Of a DNA stretch of 64,000 nucleotides, positions 56,239-64,000 are shown piece by piece; within the stretch, counting starts at the first letter, position 1; every line of letters starts with the position of its first letter. Below the pieces are notes generated by a model, which was given only the letters and a program-made list of their open reading frames with translations, did not search any database and was not told where the DNA came from. The stretch is taken from IMG/VR virus record IMGVR_UViG_3300025913_000025, positions 1 to 64,000 of that record, one strand, 5' to 3'. This stretch comes from a virus. A program made the translations under genes and the position numbers.

Positions 56239-56802
56239 TTGCCCGTGAACAACGATCTTCCGACGATGAACAGCCAGCCCAAGCCGATCGTGTGCGGGGG
56301 TAAGACCTACATGGCCTACCCGCTCACGTTCGAGGACATGGGCGAGGTTCAGAACTGGCTCGATGAACAGCAAGAGATTCGCGTTCAGAGCATGCTCGAG
56401 CGCGCGGTCGAGCGTGGCGTCCTCCCTACTGAGATTCTCAAGTACATGGCGCGGAGCGCGATGGACGTTGCCGCGCGGAACCGGTTGATGCTCGGGAGCC
56501 AGGAAGCTTCCGAGGCGCTCGCGAGCCTGGATGGCTCGGTGTTCGTGATGTGGTATTCGATCCACAAGGGCGATCCCACGTTTACGATCGAGGACGCGAA
56601 GGCGATCATCAAGGACAAGCTCGGCCACGAGTTCGCTCAGAAGGTTCAGGAAGTCGCCGATATCGTAGGACCCCAAGACCCAAAATCGACAGCGCCGGAG
56701 AGTGGATCACCGACGCCCGGCGCTGCACCGATATCCCCGTCGACTGGTGGCGACTCTATTCCAAGCTCATCCGCGAGGGCGAGAAGACCCGCCAGCAGAT
56801 AA
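56239..56802 (+). CDS. tail assembly chaperone (gpG-like)
   Basis: Between tube and tape measure; slippery CCCAAAA at 56679-56685. Confidence 0.75.
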   Translation: MPVNNDLPTMNSQPKPIVCGGKTYMAYPLTFEDMGEVQNWLDEQQEIRVQSMLERAVERGVLPTEILKYMARSAMDVAARNRLMLGSQEASEALASLDGSVFVMWYSIHKGDPTFTIEDAKAIIKDKLGHEFAQKVQEVADIVGPQDPKSTAPESGSPTPGAAPISPSTGGDSIPSSSARARRPASR

Positions 56803-56945
56803 GCCAGATGACCATGCAGGATCTGCGGCTCTTGACGCACGAGACGCCACCGACGGGCATGGGCGGGAAGATTGAGTCTGCGGCTGAACTGTTCGCGGCC
56901 TGGGAAAAGAGCAAGGCGGAGGCGAATTCGTGGCATTCGATCTAG
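56679..56945 (+). CDS. tail assembly chaperone gpGT extension via -1 frameshift
   Basis: C CCA AAA heptamer; -1 frame open to 56945 (VDWWRLYSKL...QISQMTMQDL). Confidence 0.75.
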   Translation, partial: PKIDSAGEWITDARRCTDIPVDWWRLYSKLIREGEKTRQQISQMTMQDLRLLTHETPPTGMGGKIESAAELFAAWEKSKAEANSWHSI

Positions 56946-58564
56946 GCTCGGGAGTGATCCGCATCGCGGCGGATATGAAGCCGCTCCTGGCCACGCTCGG
57001 CGCGGCCCGCTACCAGCTCGCGCGGTTCGTCGCTGGCACGCGGACGCTTGCTGAACTCTCGGGGTTCGTTGGCGCCTTCGGGACCGTGGGCGCTGTCTAT
57101 GCGCTCACCAAAGGGTTCATTGACGCCAATCAGGCGGCGGCCCATCTCGAAGAGACAATGAACCGGATCGAGGTTGTATTCGGAAGTTCGGCGCGAGTGA
57201 TCCTCGAATTCGCGGATCAAATGGCGGCGAAGTTCGGTTATCTCAAAAAACCGATCCTTGAAGCGGCATCCGCATTCGGTGAGTTCGGCCTAGCGGCCGG
57301 AATGACCAAGAAGGAGGCCGCGCAGTTCTCTCAGGCCATGGCGCGAGCCGCCATCGATGCTCAGAGCTTTTTCGACGTGCCGATTGCGACGGCGACTCAG
57401 AAGATTCTTGCGGGTCTGGCCGGCATGCCGCGCCCGCTCCGCGAATGGGGATCGTTGCTCAACGCGACCCAGGTCAAGCAAGAAGCCCTTCGGCTCGGCC
57501 TTGCGAAGACGACAGGTACGATCAGCGAACAGGACAAGGTTCTCGCGCGGTCGATCCTGATCCTCAAGGATCTCCAGATCGTCGAGGGAGACGCGGCCCG
57601 GACTATCAACAGTACGCAGCGACTCACCGATTCAGCGATCGGGCGGATTGGGAACGCGTTCACGAATCTTGGAATGGCGCTCAAACCGCTCTGGCACGGG
57701 ATCATGAAGGGACTTGATAACAGCGCACAGGGATTCCAGGCGTTCATCAACCGGAACATGAGTGCCATCACGTCCTGGTCCGAATGGGTCGTGAGTACCG
57801 TCTCGAAATTCGTGAGGTTCTTCCAGCCGGTTTGGAATGCACTCTCGGACGGCTGGAACCGATTCTGGGCAGCGCTAGTTGCTGAGACAAACAAGACGAT
57901 GGGCGCGATATCTCGAGCATTCGGTAAGGAAGGCGAGACTAGCGCGGACATGGTTCACTCCTTAGCCGATGGAGTTACCTATCTCGCCGATGCGGTTATC
58001 GGCCTGATCGGAGTCTGGGGCCAGTTCCGGGAAATGTTCGCCGATACGCTCGTCGTCGGTTTGGACCTTCTTTACGGAATCGCGATTGCCGTCGAAGGAA
58101 TTGCCTACGCATTCAAGGGGATAGCCCAATTTATCTCTGATACGATCGAGTTGATCGCGGTCCTCAACAATTCGATCATGGACGTCGTCGAGGCAGTAGG
58201 CGAAAAGCTCGTCGGAGTCGCTCCCAACCTCGATCAATTCCGGATGCAAGAGCGCGACGCAGGGAAGGGCAACAAGAAGGCGAAGCGCCGAGGTATCGGC
58301 GAGATTGCAGCCGATGTGAAGGCGGCTGACTTTGCAAAGGACAACGACGCGCGCCGCGAACTCAATGAGCCGGAGGAAGGCAAGAAGAAGGGTTCGGTCT
58401 TCTCCTCCTTCGAGGAGTTCTACAAGAAGCTCCAGGCGGGATCAGGTGAAAAAATCGCCAAGGAGCAACTCGGTGAACTCAAGGGAGCAAACGAGAACCT
58501 CATGGCGATCGTCAATGCCATGAAGAATGCCAAGAACCCGATCGCCGTTGCAGGGGGACGTTGA
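56930..58564 (+). CDS. tape measure protein
   Basis: MAFDLG...I.AD start, Ala-rich helical sequence, GDAART, Trp/Phe periodicity. Confidence 0.85.
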   Translation: MAFDLGSGVIRIAADMKPLLATLGAARYQLARFVAGTRTLAELSGFVGAFGTVGAVYALTKGFIDANQAAAHLEETMNRIEVVFGSSARVILEFADQMAAKFGYLKKPILEAASAFGEFGLAAGMTKKEAAQFSQAMARAAIDAQSFFDVPIATATQKILAGLAGMPRPLREWGSLLNATQVKQEALRLGLAKTTGTISEQDKVLARSILILKDLQIVEGDAARTINSTQRLTDSAIGRIGNAFTNLGMALKPLWHGIMKGLDNSAQGFQAFINRNMSAITSWSEWVVSTVSKFVRFFQPVWNALSDGWNRFWAALVAETNKTMGAISRAFGKEGETSADMVHSLADGVTYLADAVIGLIGVWGQFREMFADTLVVGLDLLYGIAIAVEGIAYAFKGIAQFISDTIELIAVLNNSIMDVVEAVGEKLVGVAPNLDQFRMQERDAGKGNKKAKRRGIGEIAADVKAADFAKDNDARRELNEPEEGKKKGSVFSSFEEFYKKLQAGSGEKIAKEQLGELKGANENLMAIVNAMKNAKNPIAVAGGR

Positions 58565-59556
58565 TGCCGCTCCGACTGAACTCCACGACCAGCAAGCCAG
58601 CCGGTCCCACGAGCAGCGAGAATGAGGACTTCAGCCTCGACATCAATGGCGTCACATGCGCAATGGATCTTCGCGGTGGTGGCGACAGCGTCATCACGGA
58701 ACAGGTCACTCCGGACGGCCCGCAGGCGCAAGTTATCCTGAAATGCTTTTGGGAGGATCGGTGGAAGCTCATCAAGGCCCTGATGGGATCCAACACACTC
58801 GACAACTCGAACACGATCCAGCGCAAGATTCCATTCGCCTATCCCTCGCGCGAAGGTCTATTCTGCACGGCGATTCCCGAGATCCGCGGGTTGAAGCCTT
58901 ACCGTGACGACATGGGCGATGTCACGGGGATGCCCGGATGGATGGCCTACGAGTTCGCCTATCTCACGGCGATTTTCTCGAAGCCGAGTTACCAGGTCGT
59001 CGAGGATGACAGCCCGCAGGACAACGATCTTTCAGGGAAGACGTTCATCACGACCCGCATTCAGGAATCCGGAGAGACTCTGAGTCCCCAGGGAGGGACT
59101 TACTTCTTCACCGAGGGATCCCAGTCCGGCCAGCCGGTCAAAGACACGAACATCGGCCTGATCTACACCCGGTTCGAAATCACAATGACCCGGCACTTCA
59201 TGCCCGTCGTGCCGATTTGGGACACCCTTGCCTGTCTCGGACGCACGAATCTGAATGGCTTCGATCTCACGATCGGGACATTCTTGCCGGGAACGGTGTT
59301 GTTCGCGGGACTGCACATCGAACCGCGCGCGGAGCCTTCGACCGGCATTGTGCTCTGGGACGTCGATTACAAGTTCCTCGCGAATGCCGCGAACACCTGG
59401 AACACGATCCTTGACCGCGACGGGAAGTTCTCGAAGATCAACACCGACGTCTCGGGAAATGGAGCGGTCCCGTTCCCGCAGGTCGATTTCACCCGGCTCT
59501 TGAGCGATACGATCGCGACCGGACCAGATCCCGCTCCGGGACCGGAGCCAGCCTGA
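58561..59556 (+). CDS. distal tail/hub protein
   Basis: Position after tape measure; G.TN......F.PGTVLF motif. Confidence 0.6.
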   Translation: MMPLRLNSTTSKPAGPTSSENEDFSLDINGVTCAMDLRGGGDSVITEQVTPDGPQAQVILKCFWEDRWKLIKALMGSNTLDNSNTIQRKIPFAYPSREGLFCTAIPEIRGLKPYRDDMGDVTGMPGWMAYEFAYLTAIFSKPSYQVVEDDSPQDNDLSGKTFITTRIQESGETLSPQGGTYFFTEGSQSGQPVKDTNIGLIYTRFEITMTRHFMPVVPIWDTLACLGRTNLNGFDLTIGTFLPGTVLFAGLHIEPRAEPSTGIVLWDVDYKFLANAANTWNTILDRDGKFSKINTDVSGNGAVPFPQVDFTRLLSDTIATGPDPAPGPEPA

Positions 59557-59557
59557 A

Positions 59558-60001
59558 ATGCTGGGACGCAACTTCTCACCGATCCGTCCAGGTCAGCAAA
59601 GCGGTTCGCCGTCATTCAACCGCGCGCTCACGGCCGGCATGCTCAACGCTCCCCGCGCGGAGCTCGAGCGTCTTGGCCGGCTCCGCGGTGGATCGGGCGT
59701 TTCGATCCTCGACACGCCAGGCGGTCCGCAGGTCAACATCGTCACTCCCGGCCAGCTCTACATTCAGCTCACCGGACCGGCGGCGGGCGACGGCGGGTAC
59801 CCGTGGGCGGAGTTCGTCCGGGTCTACCAGCAAGGCTATGTCGCGACCGGGCGCACCGGGGGTAACGATCCCGGAGCGGACGGCTATGATCCGGCCTACG
59901 AATCTCAGACCGGGGACACGACGTTGACGGCGGACGGGACCACCTATCTGGCGAACTACTCCGTAACCTCGGGAAATTGGTTGTTCGACGGCAAGAACTG
60001 A
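59558..60001 (+). CDS. minor tail protein
   Basis: Paralogue of N-terminus of next gene. Confidence 0.65.
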   Translation: MLGRNFSPIRPGQQSGSPSFNRALTAGMLNAPRAELERLGRLRGGSGVSILDTPGGPQVNIVTPGQLYIQLTGPAAGDGGYPWAEFVRVYQQGYVATGRTGGNDPGADGYDPAYESQTGDTTLTADGTTYLANYSVTSGNWLFDGKN

Positions 60002-60018
60002 AGCGACGGGAGCTCGCC

Positions 60019-61218
60019 TTGTTCCGTTCCCTGATCCCGCGCCAGCGACCCGGCTATCCGATCAGTTCTGGCGATCTCAACCGGACCGCGCGCCAGGTCG
60101 AGTGGCTCTCACGGCTGCGCGGGACCGGGAACATTCGGACGATGGACACCCCGCAAGGGCCGTTACTCCAGCAGGTCCTTCCGGCGACCATTTACGCCGT
60201 GCTTACCGGTCCGGCCAACGGGATTGGCGGATATCCTTGGAAGGAAGAGGTACGGCTTCCGGATGGGACATGGATGGAAACGGGGGTCACAGGTACGAAC
60301 GTGGCCGGCGCGGACTTCTTCGATCCGACCTACGAGCGACGGACCGGAAGCCTCACCGTTCCCCAGGATGGGCGGCGTTACCTGATGGGGCGCACGCCGT
60401 CGAGTGGGGAATGGATGTTTGCCTACCGGGTGGTGTGCAAGAGTCAAGACACGCTTTGTTTCATCGCTCCCGGATGCGGTCTCGATTCTCAAGCGTCACG
60501 GAACATCGTTACAGTTATCGACGCCGATGGAAATGTAGTTGGTGAGGGAGGTGCGTCGTTTGGAGTATTCGGAGGGCAAGGTGGCTGGCATACCTGCATC
60601 GACGGCATTCCGCCCGGAACCTACACTGCGACCATTACCTCGAATCAAGGCCCAATTGCAAGCCAAGGATTCGAGTACAAGGCACCGTGTAGCCCACTCA
60701 CAGTCACGATCCCTGGCTATGGTTGCATGTTTGTTCCGTCGTTCCTTACATACACTGGATTCATTGGCGGTGTTCCTGGATTCCTTCCGCCGACCAACGG
60801 AACAACTTTCAGTTACCAGGACACGCCGGCCGACCTTCAAGGATTCGGGATATTCAACGACCTAATCAGTCCGTTCTGCGCGAAATTCCCTGATAAGGTT
60901 TGGTGTAGCCCGGTTTATCCGCCACTCGATCCTACGACATCGCCATGGAGATTCGCGGTCGGTTTTACCGGATGCTTGGCGACTGCGTACCAAGTGTTTA
61001 CGCGGCGTGTGAACGGGATATTCTGGGTACTCAATACGCCGCAACCACTTGGCGCGTTAGGCGGCGGCGGAAATTCCGTGAATACATGCTTCCCGTTTAG
61101 TATCACGGTTCCAATTTCTGTTCAGCCGTTTGCGTTTTCGTTGACCGGAACTCAAAACAACGACTCGATTCCGTTCGATGGAACGCTGGGCGGAGTCGAA
61201 ATAGTGGACTGCCCATGA
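60019..61218 (+). CDS. minor tail / receptor-binding protein candidate
   Basis: TTG start after GGGAG; conserved N-terminal module plus lower-GC Cys-rich C-terminus. Confidence 0.6.
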   Translation: MFRSLIPRQRPGYPISSGDLNRTARQVEWLSRLRGTGNIRTMDTPQGPLLQQVLPATIYAVLTGPANGIGGYPWKEEVRLPDGTWMETGVTGTNVAGADFFDPTYERRTGSLTVPQDGRRYLMGRTPSSGEWMFAYRVVCKSQDTLCFIAPGCGLDSQASRNIVTVIDADGNVVGEGGASFGVFGGQGGWHTCIDGIPPGTYTATITSNQGPIASQGFEYKAPCSPLTVTIPGYGCMFVPSFLTYTGFIGGVPGFLPPTNGTTFSYQDTPADLQGFGIFNDLISPFCAKFPDKVWCSPVYPPLDPTTSPWRFAVGFTGCLATAYQVFTRRVNGIFWVLNTPQPLGALGGGGNSVNTCFPFSITVPISVQPFAFSLTGTQNNDSIPFDGTLGGVEIVDCP

Positions 61219-61409
61219 CTCCTCGATGCTCGCATTGCCCGATCGCTACGAATGCGTTCTGCCCTGGAATGACGGATAAGGCGGTTTGCGGACATTTTGC
61301 ATCGTTGCCAATACGAGCACCACTAACGATGGCAGAGGCCATCGCGATTTGGTGGAAGCAGTCCGAGGCAATATGGCGTGGAGAGCAACCGCGAGGATGT
61401 TGCGGTTGA
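61215..61409 (+). CDS. small Cys-rich protein
   Basis: CSHCP...C...C...GCCG; ATGA coupling. Confidence 0.55.
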   Translation: MTPRCSHCPIATNAFCPGMTDKAVCGHFASLPIRAPLTMAEAIAIWWKQSEAIWRGEQPRGCCG

Positions 61410-61413
61410 TCCG

Positions 61414-62883
61414 TCACTTTTGGATGCGTGCCCCCAACTGCGCCGTGTAGAACGGCGCGCTCGTGTCCCGCCCGTTGAAGTCCTCGAGACTATTCGTCGC
61501 GACCTGCCCAGTGCGGCCGAACAGGGTCAAAAGCAACCGCTCCCCCCGGAGCTGACGCCCAGACTGATCACCGTTGACCGGATAGCTCGACGCTGAACCG
61601 GGCATCGGCAGCGCGTAGCCAACTCCGGACTGAACGACCGGCTCGAAGACGTCCGTTCGCTCCGTGATCCAGAAATGCCAGAAGACCCCGCGCTCGCCGA
61701 AGCTCGTCGGCGATGAGTAGACCGTCGAGACGATCGCCTGCCCGTTCGGGTTGAGCATCAGATCGACCGTGTGCGCGATCGGATCCACCGGCAGCCGGGA
61801 TCGCTCCAAGCTCGAGTCCCAGGTCGTCGCGTCGATCACGATGTTGGTCGGAAGCGACGTCTCAGGCGTGTTGGCCGAGATGACCGGCCGGCGAGTGATC
61901 GTATAGAGGATCGGCGGCTCGATAAGCTTCGGCGTGGCGATGGGACCGTTTGTGTAGAAGGCGTCCGAGGCCGGCACGTTCCAACGCGACAGTGACGAGA
62001 GCCATGTCTCGATCTCCCATTCCGCCACGTTGTCCACAGTGCCGTCGAGGCCTGCAAACCCCCCGCCCGCGACGTCGATGCCCTCGTCGATCCCGTCGAA
62101 TCCCTGGTCGACATACCCGTCGCGGTTATCATCGAGACCATTCACTATGAATAGGTATTCCGGGTTGACCGTGATCGGCGTCGAGCCCTGCGCGTCGGTG
62201 TAGGTCCGCGTGAGATGCGAAGCCGCACCGGGCACATCGTCATTGACGAACAATTCGGGGTTCGCCACGGTCATCGGCCCGACCACGGTGTACGACTGCC
62301 CGGCCTGCCCGAGCTTGATCTTGTCGCCGATTCGGACATTCCAGAACCAGCCGGTTGGATTGTCGAATCCGGCGTGCGTGTCGTTATCGAGGAACGGCGA
62401 TTGCTCGATCATGAGCACTTGACCGTAGCTTGGGTTGTTCGGAGAAACCTGACCGCTTGTCGGGATAGTCGGTGGGTAGTAGGGGTAAACCGCGCTCGTC
62501 CCGTCCGGGTTGCGCACGGGATACGGAGGAACTCCGCCGTTGAAGACCATGACGGTCTGCGGCACTGGCCAGACGGTGACGTGACCGCTCGAGTAAGGAG
62601 GGCCCGGCTCAATCTGGACCCAGCGATTGAACGCCAGGACGGTCGGCGAGTTGGCGTAAGTCGGATCAGGAAGCAAGCGAATTCCTCGTGGAGCGTTGGC
62701 CTTGGTGGCGGCGGCTCTAGCCTGGATCAGTCCGCCTTGCAAGAGCCGTGCCGCTTCCGTGACCTGTCGGTGACGAATCGCCGGGATGATCGACGGCAGC
62801 AGCGCGGCCGAGACCAAGAGAATGATCAGGACCACGACCATCAGTTCAACCAGGGTGAATCCGCTTCGTCTCATCGGCAGCAT
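61414..62883 (-). CDS. prepilin-type N-terminal cleavage/methylation protein (FimT/GspH-like)
   Basis: RRSG|FTLVELMVVVLIILLVSA class III signal; AARLLQ..L..AR..A....PRGIRL. Confidence 0.88.
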   Translation of the reverse strand: MLPMRRSGFTLVELMVVVLIILLVSAALLPSIIPAIRHRQVTEAARLLQGGLIQARAAATKANAPRGIRLLPDPTYANSPTVLAFNRWVQIEPGPPYSSGHVTVWPVPQTVMVFNGGVPPYPVRNPDGTSAVYPYYPPTIPTSGQVSPNNPSYGQVLMIEQSPFLDNDTHAGFDNPTGWFWNVRIGDKIKLGQAGQSYTVVGPMTVANPELFVNDDVPGAASHLTRTYTDAQGSTPITVNPEYLFIVNGLDDNRDGYVDQGFDGIDEGIDVAGGGFAGLDGTVDNVAEWEIETWLSSLSRWNVPASDAFYTNGPIATPKLIEPPILYTITRRPVISANTPETSLPTNIVIDATTWDSSLERSRLPVDPIAHTVDLMLNPNGQAIVSTVYSSPTSFGERGVFWHFWITERTDVFEPVVQSGVGYALPMPGSASSYPVNGDQSGRQLRGERLLLTLFGRTGQVATNSLEDFNGRDTSAPFYTAQLGARIQK

Positions 62884-63092
62884 GGGGTTTTCCTTTCTCC
62901 GAGGTGGCTGTTGTGAATGAACACGCGCTCGCGTTCCGGGCCGTCGATAAAGACGTCCTGGAGGACTGCGGCAAGCGCACCGGGGAACCGGCGCGCTTGA
63001 TCGATCAGAGCAGGGTTCGCGATCACGTCCGAGATCAGAGCCGCGAGCAGGACAATGATCAGCAGGTGCCAGATCGCGAATTGACGGACCAT
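62871..63092 (-). CDS. small membrane protein
   Basis: RQFAIWHLLIIVLLAALI; GGAG RBS. Confidence 0.55.
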   Translation of the reverse strand: MVRQFAIWHLLIIVLLAALISDVIANPALIDQARRFPGALAAVLQDVFIDGPERERVFIHNSHLGERKTPCCR

Positions 63093-63104
63093 CGATGGTG
63101 ACTC

Positions 63105-63728
63105 CTATTTCCAGTGACGTTTGAGGAACTCAAGGACGCGCAACCCTTCTGCGGTCACACGGTAAGCGGTTCCGGCACAATAATTACACGCATGCTCATA
63201 ACCAAATTCGGACGGAAGACCGCAACCGTTGCACGCCGGACACGGAACTTCCAGCGCCGGAAAGAAAGGAGCTGGTTGCGGTTGCGCCTCGGTCGGCTTG
63301 TCGCGGTCCGCCCACAGAACGACGGTCGACTCTGGTTCGGAAGCTGGGGAAACGATTTCAGCGCATGCCGAGTCTTTCCGATACCGTTCGAGCGCGGCCT
63401 CCTGGTGTTGAATGAACGTGATGATGTCTGCGGTCATCATCGGTGGGCGACCCGTGATCTTCGCTACCTCATCAACAACGAGCTTCCATGCCTCCGCGTG
63501 ACGCTTGTCCGTTTTTTCCCTCTCCGCGAATGCCATCACAGCCTTGATGTAGCCGATGACTTCGTTGGCCTGGTCGTCGGCGTCGATCAGCGCTGAGTGC
63601 GCCACCGCGAACTGCCAAACCTTGATCCAGAGTCGCTCGATCGTCTGGAGTTCCTCGTAACGCTCGGCGGGAATCGTACACGTTCTGGCTTCTTCCACAG
63701 TCATTCTCCCTTGAGGATCTGAAGGCAT
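63105..63728 (-). CDS. hypothetical protein with C-terminal Zn finger
   Basis: CPACNGCG...CNYCAGT...T.EG. Confidence 0.6.
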   Translation of the reverse strand: MPSDPQGRMTVEEARTCTIPAERYEELQTIERLWIKVWQFAVAHSALIDADDQANEVIGYIKAVMAFAEREKTDKRHAEAWKLVVDEVAKITGRPPMMTADIITFIQHQEAALERYRKDSACAEIVSPASEPESTVVLWADRDKPTEAQPQPAPFFPALEVPCPACNGCGLPSEFGYEHACNYCAGTAYRVTAEGLRVLEFLKRHWK

Positions 63729-63997
63729 TCAAGCAACTTCTGACCGAGTGGCTCGATCCGGTAGTAGGTCTCCCGCTTGCGATGCGACGAGATCGCGCCC
63801 GCCGTGCGGAGCAGGAGCAGATGATGATTCACCGAGCCGCGCGGCATGTCGGCCAGCGAGTGAATCGTTTTCAGCGAGCATAGCCCACCCGCCAACATGA
63901 TCAGGATTCGGGCTCGGGCCGGCACCGCAAGAAGCGAGAGCCGTTCCGCCGAGACGATCAAATCGCGATCGGTGATTTCGGACATATTCTCATTCAC
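63701..63997 (-). CDS. ArsR/SmtB-family HTH regulator
   Basis: LA.PAR.RIL..L......VNHHL..LR.AG.I...R....YY.I. Confidence 0.8.
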   Translation of the reverse strand: MNENMSEITDRDLIVSAERLSLLAVPARARILIMLAGGLCSLKTIHSLADMPRGSVNHHLLLLRTAGAISSHRKRETYYRIEPLGQKLLECLQILKGE

Positions 63998-64000
63998 GGA

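Noticed and set aside
60019-61218. Diversity-generating retroelement target
   Set aside because: No reverse transcriptase or template repeat seen in this window

Overview
This window is a continuous stretch of a GC-rich tailed dsDNA phage or prophage. It has an HK97-fold head and a siphovirus-like tail with no sheath gene. The host is probably a planctomycete, inferred from the style of the captured prepilin gene. Order: leftward early genes (partial beta-clamp-like gene, DUF932, small ORFs; 1-4951); a non-coding G/C-skew switch that may be a packaging or terminus site (~5000-5950); a rightward accessory and replication block (two N6/N4 DNA methyltransferases, HAD hydrolase, Lar-like Zn finger, HTH initiator, vWA); terminase large subunit; portal-MuF fusion; prohead protease; capsid; a methyltransferase-glycosyltransferase fusion; GroES; neck genes with a 1658-aa double beta-helix spike; tail tube; frameshifted chaperone; tape measure; tail tip; then a leftward prepilin moron and an ArsR regulator. 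Three free-standing HNH genes sit in the structural operon. The standout is a transposase-less TnpB cassette inserted in a KTSC gene. It carries its own recoded copy of the KTSC 3' half, so the gene stays intact. The displaced original 3' half lies exactly where the omegaRNA guide would be. This looks like a self-repairing, RNA-guided homing element. No integrase, tRNA, rRNA or CRISPR array was seen. All family calls are from motif recognition by eye, without database searches.
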